Shown here: in pieces, positions 53,692-64,000 of the stretch
Layout: each line of letters opens with the position of its first letter
Numbering within the stretch: the stretch's first letter is position 1
Origin: Spirochaetia bacterium
GTDB lineage: Bacteria > Spirochaetota > Spirochaetia > SZUA-6 > Bin103
Assembly (NCBI GenBank): GCA_965198005.1
Contig: CBDAOI010000004.1
Span: 2,016,001 to 2,080,000 of the forward strand
Direction: 5' to 3'
Length of the DNA stretch: 64,000 nt
The notes under the pieces: model-generated
Told to the model about the DNA's origin: nothing
The model's database searches: none
Seen by the model: the letters and a program-made list of their open reading frames with translations, nothing else
Program-made: the position numbers and the translations under genes

Positions 53692-56393
53692 GTGCTGCCT
53701 GGAACTGGCCCGGCTCACGCTGGTGGCGCGTTGATCTGCATGCGCATTCGCCGGCGTCGCACGACTTCGGCACCCAGCCGGACCGTGATCGTCCAGATTG
53801 GGTGCGCTGGATCACCGCCGCACGGGACGCCGGGCTGCACGCCGTCGCGGTGACCGATCATAACACGGCAGCGGCGGTCTCAGATCTCCAACATGCCGCT
53901 CAGCAGGTGGATGGGAGTCCGGTGCTGTTCCCCGGCGTCGAGGTTACGTCCAGCGACGGCGTACACATTATCCTTCTGGTGGACCCGGGTCAGTCGCAAC
54001 AGCACGTCGACGACTTGCTGTCAAGGGCGGACATCAGTGTGGCGAAGCGGGGTGACGAGACCGCCCGTTCACCGCTGAGCATCGAGCAAATCATAGCTGC
54101 ATGCGCGGATGATGCGCTGATCATCGCTCCGCACATCAACCGGCCGAGTGGGTTGCTTGAGCATGATGGTCAGCAGCGCATCGCAGAGTTGGGGGATGCC
54201 CGCCTGGCAGCGGTCGAGGTGGATCCCGAGGTGAGTATCGACGACTCCTGGATCGATGGGAGCAAACCTGAGATCGGGCGCCGTATCCCCCAGGTATGGA
54301 ATTCCGATGCCCACGCTTTCGATCAGTTGGGCCGACGCTGTACCTGGGTCAAGATGACCAAACCGGATGTCGGAGGTCTGAGGCTGGCCCTGCTCGACGG
54401 TGAAGACTCAGTCCAACGTGCGGTAGCGGAAGGAGCACCCGACCCGAACACGCACGCCGCAGCGGCCATCGAAGCCGTAACGGTACGAGATGCGAAGTAT
54501 CTCGGTCGATCCCGACCGTGGCCCGTGACGTTCAACCCTTGGCTCAACGCAATCATTGGCGGACGCGGGACCGGCAAGTCGACGCTCGTGGACTTCTGTC
54601 GTGCGGCCCTTCGGCGCGACGCTGAGCTCCGCGATCACGCTGAGTTGCGTGACGCGTTACAACTAAGGCTGCGGGTCCCTCCCGAACGTGGCAAAGAGGG
54701 CCTCCTGACAGACCGAACGACGATTGAGCTGATCTACCGGAAAGATGGGGAGCGTTTCGCCCTTTCCTGGAGTCTCGATGGATCCGTCATAGCAATCGAG
54801 CGCTGTGACGGGGAGCAACGGATTCCCGAGGAGGGCGACATCCGCGAGCGGTTTCCGGTACGTATCTACAGCCAAAAACAACTATTCGAAGTTGCCCGTA
54901 ACCCGAATGCATTGCTCGCGGTGATCGACGATAGTGCGGAGGTCAAGGGAACTCATCTGCACCGGCATCGGGACGAAGTCGCCGCCCGCTACATGGCACT
55001 CCGAGCGGAGGCGCGCGCGCTACGGGCTGAAGCGGCTGACCTCCCCGCGCGCAGAGCCGCGCTTGCCGATGTGCGGAGGAAACTAAACGTGCTTCAAACT
55101 GGGAGCCACGAGTCGGTCATGAAGACCTATCGGAAGTACCACCGCTACGACGGCGCTTGGCAGTCGATCCAGAAGGATATTCGCGAGGCGGTTGCCGAGA
55201 TCGGTCGTATGGTCGAGGACCTTGCGGTCGCAGATTTGGAGTGGGAAGAAACCAACGAAGACGACCCGGCAACGGCCGCACTGCGGAACGCGCACGAAGA
55301 ACTCGGCCGGACGGTTGGCGCTCTCCAACAAGGCCTGCGGGCGGCCGTAGCGCTTGCTGAGCACCAACTCAAGGGGCTCGAAGGAAGTGCGGATGTGAAC
55401 ACTTGGCGCCAGGCGGTAAACGCAAGCACGTCACACTACGAGCTCGTTTCGTTGAATCTTGAGGCGGCGGGTATCGCCAATCCGGCGGAATACCGCACGT
55501 TGCTTGATGAGGCAGCCGCTCTTAAACAAGAAACTGTGCATCGAACTCAGCAAGATACCGTGGCAGAGCAGCGAGAAGAAGACGCAGCGGCCGTACTCAA
55601 GGAGTACCGCTCGCTGTGTGTCGAATTGAGCCGGAGGCGCGAGCGATTCGCGGCCCTGACCTCCAGCGACCTGGTGCGTATTGAGATCGATGCTGCCGGC
55701 CAGCGCAGCTATCTTGAGGAGTTTCTGCGCGAGACCTTGGGGATCGAGCGATTCGATAGAGACTACACGGAGCTGGCGCAGCGGATCCAACCCAACGGCG
55801 GGCAGAGTTGGACTTGGGAGGCTCTGGATACCGTTGTCGACAAGCTGCGTTCGTTGGTAGCGGGAGTCGATCCAAGGTGGCCCGTACGGGATCGTCGGTT
55901 TTTGAATGCTCTGCAGCGGCTCCAGCCGGAGCGGCTAGACCGACTGGCGCTCTACCTGCCGGAAGACGCCGTCACGGTGAGCTTTCGCGACCAGCGTCAA
56001 CCGGGAGCGCCGTGGCGGCCTCTCGCGCAAGGATCACCGGGGCAGCAAACTGCGGCCCTGCTGGCGTTCGTACTGGGGTACGGTGACGAGCCGATCATCC
56101 TGGATCAGCCCGAGGACGACCTGGACAATTCCTTCATCTACGAACTGCTCGTGCGTCGACTGCGGGAACAGAAGCTCCAGCGGCAAGTCATCGTCGTGAC
56201 GCACAACCCCAACATCGTCGTACATGGAGATGCGGAACTCGTCGTGTCGTTGGAGACACGCTGCGGAGAGACTCACATCGTCTGTTTGGGCGGCCTGCAG
56301 GAGCGCGCGGTACGAGACGAGATCTGTCGGGTGATGGAAGGTGGACGAGAAGCGTTTCTCAGTCGCTATCGGCGTATCATCCCCGGCGATTAG
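53688..56393 (+). CDS. PHP phosphoesterase + ABC/SMC-type ATPase (Ppl/TrlF-like)
   Basis: DLHAHSP, VTDHN, GVEV, NSDAH; GGRGTGKS, GSPGQ, ILDQPED, VTHN. Confidence 0.9.
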
Positions 56394-56400
56394 GCCACCG

Positions 56401-57618
56401 ATGACCGACACCGACCTGCTCCGACAGATCCGACTCGGCGAAGATGGACGGGTAGAGTTCAAGCAGGTGTTCTTCTCCGGAGATCGAGTGACGAATCCGA
56501 CCAGGAACGCGCTCGCCAATGAGCTGGCCGGGCTGGCCAACGGACGTGGCGGCACCCTGCTCCTGGGAGTTCATGACAAGACCAAAGAGATTCTTGGCAT
56601 ACCGCTGCCGCGTGTCGACACCGCAGAAGGCTGGGTGCGCGAGATTTGCAACGACTCGATCAAGCCGCCGCTTGACGCCGATATTCGCAAGATCGAGCTG
56701 CCAAATGATGACGGCGACCTGGTGCCGATCATTCGCGTCGACGTGCCACGCAGCCTGTTCGTACACGAGAGCCCTGGCGGATACTTCCGCCGCATCGGGA
56801 GTTCGCACCGCAAGCTTCCGGCGGAGGCACTGGCGCGGCTGTTTCAAGAGCGCAGTCAAAGCCGCGTGATCCGCTTCGACGAGTCGATCGTGCCGAGGGC
56901 TGCTGCCCGCGACGTGGATGACCAGTTGTCCCAGCGTTTCCTGCGGGACGACGTCGCGGCGACGGAGGACACGCTACGCAAGCTGCGTATCGTGAGCGAC
57001 GACCTGGACGGTGTTCCACGGCTGACGCTCGCAGGAGCGCTCATGTGCACGCTCGATCCGCAGCAATGGCTGCCGCACGCGCAGATTCAGGCCGTGAGCT
57101 ACGCCGGCGAACGGTATGATGTGAACTACCAGAACGACGCCCGCGACCTGAATGGGCCGCTCGACGCCCAGGTCGCCGAGGCGCTCCACTTCGTGCGCCG
57201 CAACATGCTGGTCCGCGCTACCAAGCTGACCGGGCGTACCGAGCGCCCTCAGTTCAGCGAGCGGGCGGTGTTCGAGGCGCTGGTGAACGCCGTGGCACAC
57301 CGGGATTACTCGATAGCAGGGGCGAGGATTCGTTTGCATTTGTTCGGGAATCGACTCGAACTCTACGTTCCGGGCGGTCTCGCCAACACGCTCACACCCG
57401 ACAGCTTGCATCTGCGGCAGGCCAGCCGTAACGAACTGATCGTGTCGCTGCTTGCCCGCTGCCCCGCGCCCGAGGGAGTCGGACGCTCGCACCTCATGGA
57501 CCGGCGTGGCGATGGTGTTCCCATCATCCTGCGTGAGAGTCGGGCGCTGTCGGGTCGACTGCCGGAGTACACGCTGATCGACGACAGCGAGCTGCGGCTC
57601 GTCATCTGGGCGGCGTAG
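56401..57618 (+). CDS. AlbA_2 (Schlafen-like) + HATPase_c_4 protein
   Basis: GEDGRVEFK, LANGRGGTLLLGV, EALVNAVAHRDY, RNELI. Confidence 0.88.
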   Translation: MTDTDLLRQIRLGEDGRVEFKQVFFSGDRVTNPTRNALANELAGLANGRGGTLLLGVHDKTKEILGIPLPRVDTAEGWVREICNDSIKPPLDADIRKIELPNDDGDLVPIIRVDVPRSLFVHESPGGYFRRIGSSHRKLPAEALARLFQERSQSRVIRFDESIVPRAAARDVDDQLSQRFLRDDVAATEDTLRKLRIVSDDLDGVPRLTLAGALMCTLDPQQWLPHAQIQAVSYAGERYDVNYQNDARDLNGPLDAQVAEALHFVRRNMLVRATKLTGRTERPQFSERAVFEALVNAVAHRDYSIAGARIRLHLFGNRLELYVPGGLANTLTPDSLHLRQASRNELIVSLLARCPAPEGVGRSHLMDRRGDGVPIILRESRALSGRLPEYTLIDDSELRLVIWAA

Positions 57619-57630
57619 AATGGAGCGGTC

Positions 57631-58165
57631 ATGTCGCTGATTGCCAGGGAACTGCGCGAGGTATGGAACGCGCTGCGCGCCAGCAGCCGTCACCGGGACG
57701 ACGCGCTGTCCGAGGTCCGCATCAGGAAGCTGCGCGGCATCCGGGATGCCCAGCAGCCTGTTCCCGAACTTCAGCAATCGCCAGGAGGATGTGCTCTCGG
57801 ATACGGTGCAACGGACGGAGCTCGAGTTTCACTATCTCCACCAGGGCGATCGGCTGTCCATGGCTTGGCGGCGGAGCAAGAGCTGGAATCGCAGTTTCAT
57901 GGGCCGCAAGGGAGACTACGCTCCGCGTCTCGGCCTCACGCCAGCCGACATGGAACGCAAGATGCGCGACCTGGAGCAATTGGTCGGAGGGGCGGTACAG
58001 CAGCGTGACTTGGCCAAGACCGCCTTGAGCACCTTCGCAGCCGATCTCGACCGCACCGTGGCGGAGATCGCTCGGATTGTTGGCCAGCGGGAAGCGGAGC
58101 GAAACGCGATTCCGGAGCTCCTGGTGGACCTGAAAGAGCAGGTCAGCGCATGGAGACGACTGTAA
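57631..58165 (+). pseudogene. Heavily deleted ABC-type ATPase/nuclease-like gene
   Basis: LSEVRIRKLRGIRD start with the Walker A region missing; frameshift. Confidence 0.5.
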
Positions 58166-58186
58166 AACGGACGACCAAGGATTGAC

Positions 58187-61100
58187 ATGGCAGTAACCAA
58201 TCACGAACGAGTAGGCAAGGGACTGGAGCTTCTGCGCAGCGGGCTGGGGCCGTTCGTTGAGCGCGAGCTGAAGCGGGCGGTGCAGGCACGCGAGCTGGAC
58301 GACTACCGCCTGCGCGAGATAGCGGGTGACCCCTCGTTGCGGCGCGGCTCCGCGGAGTGGGACGTGGCCATGCTCCTGAAGCTGATGTGGGAGATGTGGA
58401 ACGAGGTGTTTCGCACGATTCTCGGACGCTCCGACCGCAGTCTGGTCAGCGAGTTGCGCGAGCATCGCAACAAGTGGGCACACCAGGAGCTGTTCTCGAG
58501 TGACGACGCCTACCGCGTCCTGGACTCGGCGCAGCGCCTGCTGACCTCGGTGTCGGCGCCGCAGGTGCAGGAGATCGACACCCTCAAGCAGGAGCTGCTG
58601 CGGGTGCGGTACCAGGAGCAGGTGCGTGGCGAGCAGCGCAAGAAGGGCAGGACCACCGTCGCCGATGGGGCGGTTGCCGGGCTTAAGCCGTGGCGGGAGG
58701 TGGTGACCCCGCACCAGGACGTCGCCAGCGGCCGCTATCAGCAGGCTGAGTTCGCCGCCGATTTGTGGCAGATCTACCTTGGTCAGGGTACCGCCGAGTA
58801 TCGCGATCCCGTGGAGTTCTTCCGCCGAACCTATCTCACCGACAGCCTGCGGGCAATGCTGACCGGCGCCGTGCAGCGGCTGGCTGGGCTGGGCAGTGAC
58901 CCGGTGGTCCAACTGCAGACCAACTTCGGCGGCGGCAAGACCCACTCGATGCTGGCCTTGTATCACCTGTTCTCAGGGACGCCCCCGACGAGCCTGGCCG
59001 GAATCGACGGAGTGTTGAAGGCAGCAGATGCCGGCGAGCTGCCTGCGGTGCGGCGCGTCGTGTTGGTCGGTAACCGAATCTCTCCCGGCAACCCGGTAAC
59101 CAAAGACGACGGCACCGTCGTGCGCACCCTCTGGGGGGAGCTGGCGTGGCAGCTCGGTGGCAAGGAGGCGTTCGCCCGGCTGGCGGCCGACGATGAAAAC
59201 GCCACCAGTCCCGGCGACCGCCTGCGCGAGTTGCTCATCGAGCACGGACCCTGCCTGATCCTGATCGACGAGTGGGTGGCCTACGCCCGGCAGCTCCACG
59301 ATCAGAGCGATCTGCCGGCGGGCAGTTTCGAGACCCAGTTCACCTTTGCGCAGGCGCTGACCGAGTCGGCCAAGCTGGCCGGCAACTGTCTGTTGGTAAT
59401 AAGCTTGCCCGCCTCGGACGCCGATGAGTCGCCGCATACCCAGGCGGACGACGCGGAAGTGGGCGGCCAGCGCGGACGGGAGGCGCTCGACCGCCTGCGC
59501 AACGTTATCGGCCGCATCGAATCCTCGTGGCGACCGGCCACGGCGGAGGAGAGCTTCGAGATCGTGCGCCGGCGCCTGTTCCAGCCGTTCAACGATCCGG
59601 CGCAATTCACGGCGCGAGATGTGGTAGCACGCGGGTTCTCCGAGCTCTACGGTGCACAGCAGCAGGAGTTTCCCCGCGAGTGTCGGGAAGGCGACTACGA
59701 GAAGCGGATCAAGGCCGCCTATCCAATCCACCCCGAGGTGTTCAATCGGCTGTACACCGACTGGTCGGCGCTGGCGAAGTTTCAGCGTACCCGCGGCGTG
59801 CTGCGGCTCATGGCGGCGGTCATTCACAGCCTGTGGGAGAAGGGAGATAGCAGCCCGCTCATCCTGCCGGCCAGCGTGGCGATTGACGATGTGCGGGTGC
59901 AGTCCGAGTTGACCCGCTACCTCGACGACAACTGGACGCCGATCATCGAGAAGGATGTAGACGGCGCGGGCTCCCTGCCGATGCGGATCGACGCCGAGCA
60001 ACCCAACCTGGGCAAGTTCGCGGCGGCGCGCCGCGTCGCACGGGCGATCTTTCTCGGATCCGCACCGACGACCGCGGCCGCCCACCGTGGCATCGACGAC
60101 CGGCGCGTAAAGCTGGGCTGCGTCATGCCGGGCGAGACACCGGCGGTGTTCGGGGATGCCCTCCGGCGCCTGGCCACGGTTGCCACCTATCTGTACGAGG
60201 ACAGCGCCCGCTATTGGTACGACACGCAGCCCACGGTCACCAAGTTGGCCGAGGATCGCGCCGAGCAACTGCTGCGTAGTCGCGACCGCGTTGCGCACGA
60301 GATCGCCACACATACCCGCGCCAAACTGCGCGAAGCCGGCGATTTCAGCCGCGTGCACCCCTTTCCCCAATCGGGCCAGGATGTTCCCGACGATCTCGAC
60401 ACCCGTCTCGTCGTTCTGGATCCGGAACACCCCTACACCAGAGGTGGAGTGAGCCCGGCGGAGACCCAGGCGCAGGCAATCTTCGAATCCCGCGGCAACG
60501 CCCCGCGCATCTATCGCAACACCCTGGTGTTCCTCGCCGCCGACGCCACGCGGCTGCAGGAGCTGGACCAGGCGGTGCGCCGACTCCTCGCCTGGGAATC
60601 GATCGTCGGCGAGAAAGAGCAGCTCAATCTCGCCCCTCACCAGGTGCGGCAAGCCGACACGCAGCGCGAGGCAGCCGCTACCGAGATGGTTTCGCGTATT
60701 CCGGAGACCTACCGCTGGCTGCTGGTGCCGGGACAAGCCACGCCACAGTCCGAAGTGACCTGGGATGCCTTGAACCTGACCGGGTCGGATTCACTGGCCG
60801 TGCGTGCGGCCAACAAGCTCAAGAGTCAGGAGGGGTTGGTAACCGGTTACGCCGCCTCGCTCCTGCGGATGGAGTTGGACCGCGTCCCGCTGTGGCGGCA
60901 GAATCACGTGTCGGTTGCCCAACTGGTCGAGGATTTTGCCCGCTACCTCTACCTGCCACGGCTGCGCGACCCGCAGGTGCTGCTGGGCAGCATCACCGAT
61001 GGGGTGTCCTCGATGACCTGGGAACAGGACGGCTTCGCCTTCGCCGACAGCTACGATGAGGCGAAAGGCCGCTACCCGAACCTGCGCACCTCACAACAGA

Positions 61101-61486
61101 TCATGCTCCCGGACGCCCACTCTCCAGGACTGCTCGTCAAGCCCGAGGTGGCACGGCAGCAGCTCGACGAGGAAGTGCCTCTGCCCCCGGGACCTGATCC
61201 ACGCCCGGGACCCGACCCGCCCCCACCGCCGCCTCCATCACCAAAGCCGACGCTGAAGCGCTACCACGGCTCCGTAACCCTCGACACCGCCCGCGTCGGG
61301 CTCTCGGCCAGTCAGATTGCCGAGGAAGTGATCGCCCACCTCAACGGCCTTCCGGGAGCGCAGGTCACGGTGACGCTGGACATCCAGGCCGACATCCCCG
61401 AGGGCGCGCCGGATCACGTCGTGCGCACGGTTACCGAGAACAGCCGCACGCTCAGGTTCACAGATCTGGGATTCGAGCCGGAGTAG
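58187..61486 (+). CDS. Swt1-HEPN + DUF499 ATPase
   Basis: RNKWAH, PWREVVTPH, EFAADL, TNFGGGKTH, LIDEW, YPIHPE. Confidence 0.95.
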   Translation: MAVTNHERVGKGLELLRSGLGPFVERELKRAVQARELDDYRLREIAGDPSLRRGSAEWDVAMLLKLMWEMWNEVFRTILGRSDRSLVSELREHRNKWAHQELFSSDDAYRVLDSAQRLLTSVSAPQVQEIDTLKQELLRVRYQEQVRGEQRKKGRTTVADGAVAGLKPWREVVTPHQDVASGRYQQAEFAADLWQIYLGQGTAEYRDPVEFFRRTYLTDSLRAMLTGAVQRLAGLGSDPVVQLQTNFGGGKTHSMLALYHLFSGTPPTSLAGIDGVLKAADAGELPAVRRVVLVGNRISPGNPVTKDDGTVVRTLWGELAWQLGGKEAFARLAADDENATSPGDRLRELLIEHGPCLILIDEWVAYARQLHDQSDLPAGSFETQFTFAQALTESAKLAGNCLLVISLPASDADESPHTQADDAEVGGQRGREALDRLRNVIGRIESSWRPATAEESFEIVRRRLFQPFNDPAQFTARDVVARGFSELYGAQQQEFPRECREGDYEKRIKAAYPIHPEVFNRLYTDWSALAKFQRTRGVLRLMAAVIHSLWEKGDSSPLILPASVAIDDVRVQSELTRYLDDNWTPIIEKDVDGAGSLPMRIDAEQPNLGKFAAARRVARAIFLGSAPTTAAAHRGIDDRRVKLGCVMPGETPAVFGDALRRLATVATYLYEDSARYWYDTQPTVTKLAEDRAEQLLRSRDRVAHEIATHTRAKLREAGDFSRVHPFPQSGQDVPDDLDTRLVVLDPEHPYTRGGVSPAETQAQAIFESRGNAPRIYRNTLVFLAADATRLQELDQAVRRLLAWESIVGEKEQLNLAPHQVRQADTQREAAATEMVSRIPETYRWLLVPGQATPQSEVTWDALNLTGSDSLAVRAANKLKSQEGLVTGYAASLLRMELDRVPLWRQNHVSVAQLVEDFARYLYLPRLRDPQVLLGSITDGVSSMTWEQDGFAFADSYDEAKGRYPNLRTSQQIMLPDAHSPGLLVKPEVARQQLDEEVPLPPGPDPRPGPDPPPPPPPSPKPTLKRYHGSVTLDTARVGLSASQIAEEVIAHLNGLPGAQVTVTLDIQADIPEGAPDHVVRTVTENSRTLRFTDLGFEPE

Positions 61487-61490
61487 CGAA

Positions 61491-62600
61491 ATGGCGAGCG
61501 AGCAATTGCTGCAAGATCACGTAGCCGAGATTCAGGCTATTGGGCGCCGGCTCGCGTCGTTGAAGGCCTCACGCGAAGCCCTCTACGACGCAGTGAGGGG
61601 GCTCGATCACGGCACGGCGCAAGCGCTCAAGGAGAGCAACGAGAAGGCGGCGATGGCCGCGCGTCCGGTTAACCTCGTACGCTACGAGATCCTGCGCCGG
61701 GTGCTTGCCGGCGAGGAGGTGGACGCGACAGGGACGGAACGCCTGCAAGACGCGATCGTGCGACGAGAGGAGTCGGCTTTCCCCGGCTACCCCGAAGCGT
61801 TCTACCAGCAACTGCGCGCGGCGGACATCAAGGCCAACGCGTTTCGCAATTGGAAAGATCATTTTCGCCTCTTCTACTCCTTTTTCTACTCCGGCGAAGA
61901 TCGAGATCGTGTACCGAAGGTGCTCGACGAGATTTGTGACGGAACTAAGAGAGAGTTGAGACTCGAAGACCATGGTCACGTCACAACTTCGGTGACACAT
62001 CCTGCTGGTTGGCAGTTTCCCCCCGTGAAAAGACTTCTCACAAGACTGCCTACCAACTCTTCGTGGGTATTAGTCCGACCAGTGTGAGATACGGTATTCA
62101 TCCGGGATCTCTGGTTGCTCGCGGGAACGCGTCGTTCAAGTTGAACAATGGAAAGACTCTTAGGGAGGCTGTGAATCACTTCCACGACAACCGAGAGCGG
62201 TACGTTCGACTCAACAAGGAGCTCGTGACGATCTAGAAGTACGCGCCGGGGCCGCGTGCCGATCATTGGGAAGAGTTCTACAATCCCTCCAATTCCAACA
62301 CGGTATGGAATCTGGAGAACTTTCGCGATGCCAGTATCGGAGATATTGTAGTCGCAAATCGAGGCCTCAGCGAGGTGGTCGGCATCGGTGTGGTCGCCGG
62401 TCCATACGAGTACGACGGTGATCGCAGCGAATTCTGGCATGTGCGCAAAACCCGTTGGATCGTTTCTACCGCGCTGACGTTCGACCGGCCCATTTTCCGG
62501 TTCGACACGTTTGCTCCTACGTTGAAGTGGGCTCTCATCCGATAGCGCGTTCTCGAGAGCCACCCGGAGCTCGCTGCGGAGATGGACGGTGGCTGGGAGG
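61491..62600 (+). pseudogene. McrB-like N-terminal remnant, frameshifted
   Basis: Later frame reads ASIGDIVVANRGLSEVVGIGVVAGPYEYD...HVRKTRW; no GTPase domain follows. Confidence 0.5.
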
Positions 62601-62647
62601 GATTCTCCTGCAAGGCAGCCTCGGCGAATCACTGATGGGCCACGGGA

Positions 62648-62923
62648 GTGGTGGGCGGCGTCATCATGGGCGTGGCTGCTCTGAGCTTCCTCGGCTACGG
62701 TCTGCCGCTCGGGATTCCCCAGTGGGGCGGCATGCTCAGCCGCGAAGGACGCGTCTACATGGAGGCGGCGCCGCGGCTGGCGCTGTGGCCCGGCCTGTGC
62801 CTGACGGTCACCGTCTACAGTCTCAACATGCTCGGCGACGCGGTGCGCGACCTGCTCGACCCGCGGCTGCGGGGTGGGGTGGGGTGGGGCGTCCGGGCGC
62901 ATGACGCACGAAGCGCGCGTTGA
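62648..62923 (+). pseudogene. ABC permease C C-terminal fragment
   Basis: LSFLGYGLP..PQWGGMLSREGR...GDAVRDLLDPRLRG, paralogous to dppC copies. Confidence 0.8.
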
Positions 62924-62968
62924 CGGCGCCGGCGGCCGGCTGCTACTGTGGGCGGGAGGAGTACGTCA

Positions 62969-63715
62969 GTGTCCGGTCACAGCAAATGGCACTCGATACG
63001 GCACAAGAAGGGTATCACCGACGCCAAGCGGGGCAAGATCTTCACCAAGCTGATCAAGGAGATCACGGTTTCGGCGCGCCTCGGCGGCGGCGACCCCGAG
63101 GCCAATCCACGGCTGCGAACCGCGGTGATGAAGGCCAAGGAGGCCAACATGCCGCGCGACAACATCGACCGCGCCATCAAGAAGGGTGCCGGCGGCGGCG
63201 ACGGCACCGAGTTTCACGAGTTGCGGTACGAGGCCTACGGACCGGGCGGCGTCGCCCTCCTGATCGAGGTGCTGACCGACAACAAGAACCGCTCCGCGGC
63301 CGAGATTCGCAATATCCTCACCAAAGGGGGAGGCAGCCTCGGGGACTCGGGGTCGGTCGCTTACTTGTTTCATCGCAAGGGGATAATCGCGTTCGCCGCG
63401 GACCGGTACGATGAGGATCAGGTGATGGAGGTGGTGCTCGAAGGCGGCGCCGAGGACGTCGCCACCGAGTCCGATACCATCGAGGTGCTCACCGAGCCGG
63501 AGGACTTCATGGCGACCCTGGGACTGGTGGGCCGGGCTGGGCTGGAGCACACCATGGCCGAGGTGTCCTGGGTCCCTGAGGCGAGCGTCACCCTCGACTC
63601 CGGCAAGGCGCAACGCGCATTGCGGCTGATCGAAAACCTGGAGGACCATGACGACGTCCAGCAGGTGTCGACCAACATGGCGGCACCGGACGAAGTCGCC
63701 GTCGAGCAGCGTTAG
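62969..63715 (+). CDS. yebC: YebC/PmpR family protein
   Basis: SGHSKWHSIRHKKG, YEAYGPGG, LTDNKNR, LEDHDDVQ. Confidence 0.95.
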   Translation: MSGHSKWHSIRHKKGITDAKRGKIFTKLIKEITVSARLGGGDPEANPRLRTAVMKAKEANMPRDNIDRAIKKGAGGGDGTEFHELRYEAYGPGGVALLIEVLTDNKNRSAAEIRNILTKGGGSLGDSGSVAYLFHRKGIIAFAADRYDEDQVMEVVLEGGAEDVATESDTIEVLTEPEDFMATLGLVGRAGLEHTMAEVSWVPEASVTLDSGKAQRALRLIENLEDHDDVQQVSTNMAAPDEVAVEQR

Positions 63716-63745
63716 GAGTCTGTCGGATTGCGACAGACTCCTAAC
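63711..63745. terminator. Strong hairpin at the yebC stop
   Basis: GTTAGGAGTCTGTCG-gattg-CGACAGACTCCTAAC; no U-tract. Confidence 0.45.
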
Positions 63746-63806
63746 GGTGGGACGGGATGGGCCAAAAGCGTCGCCCCGGGCGGCGGTTTTGGGGCGTTAG
63801 GCGTCT

Positions 63807-64000
63807 GTGTCTGTCGTACTGGGCATCGATCCGGGCTTGGCCGCTACCGGCTACGGGGTGCTGGCCGTGGCCGGCAACCGTGCGCGCCATCTCGGCGACG
63901 GCGTGATCCGTACCGCGGCCGGCGCCGACTACGGCAGCCGGCTGGTGGCGCTGCACGACCACCTGCACCGGGTGGTGGAGCAGTTCCGGCCGGACGCGGC
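63807..64000 (+). CDS. ruvC: Holliday junction resolvase (partial)
   Basis: VLGIDPGLAATGYGV; usual position after yebC. Confidence 0.92.
   Translation, partial: MSVVLGIDPGLAATGYGVLAVAGNRARHLGDGVIRTAAGADYGSRLVALHDHLHRVVEQFRPDA

Noticed and set aside
61185-61250. Proline-rich stretch in DUF499 as a novel repeat
   Set aside because: Looks like an ordinary low-complexity linker before the C-terminal domain.

Overview
This is a high-GC bacterial window that is mostly accessory DNA. The solute-binding-protein N-termini look spirochaete-like (inference only). 0-7 kb: a dense cluster of intact and broken type II toxin-antitoxin genes. 7-17.7 kb: a mosaic of group II intron remnants, a lower-GC epimerase/aldolase cassette, an ISAzo13 fragment, CRTAC1/UnbV fragments, a class III aminotransferase and a DMF-amidase-like gene. 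17.9-33.8 kb: two paralogous operons (family-5 SBP, two permeases, FG-GAP/ASPIC-UnbV protein). Each is preceded by a structured leader with an 11-codon uORF and by a 122-134 bp tandem-repeat array; one carries an IS186-like insertion. 34.5-39 kb: an ISNCY transposase and a decayed DDE-integrase/ExeA-ATPase element. 39.3-62.6 kb: a defence island built on a SNF2 helicase / DUF1156 methylase / Swt1-DUF499 ATPase core. Nested in it are a wHTH-like/ATPase/PIN/methylase cassette, an XRE-ImmA regulator coupled to a UG/Abi-type reverse transcriptase with a YVDN motif, a PHP-ATPase (Ppl-like) and an AlbA-HATPase protein. The window ends in core genes yebC and ruvC. All family assignments come from motif recognition by eye; no database searches were run.
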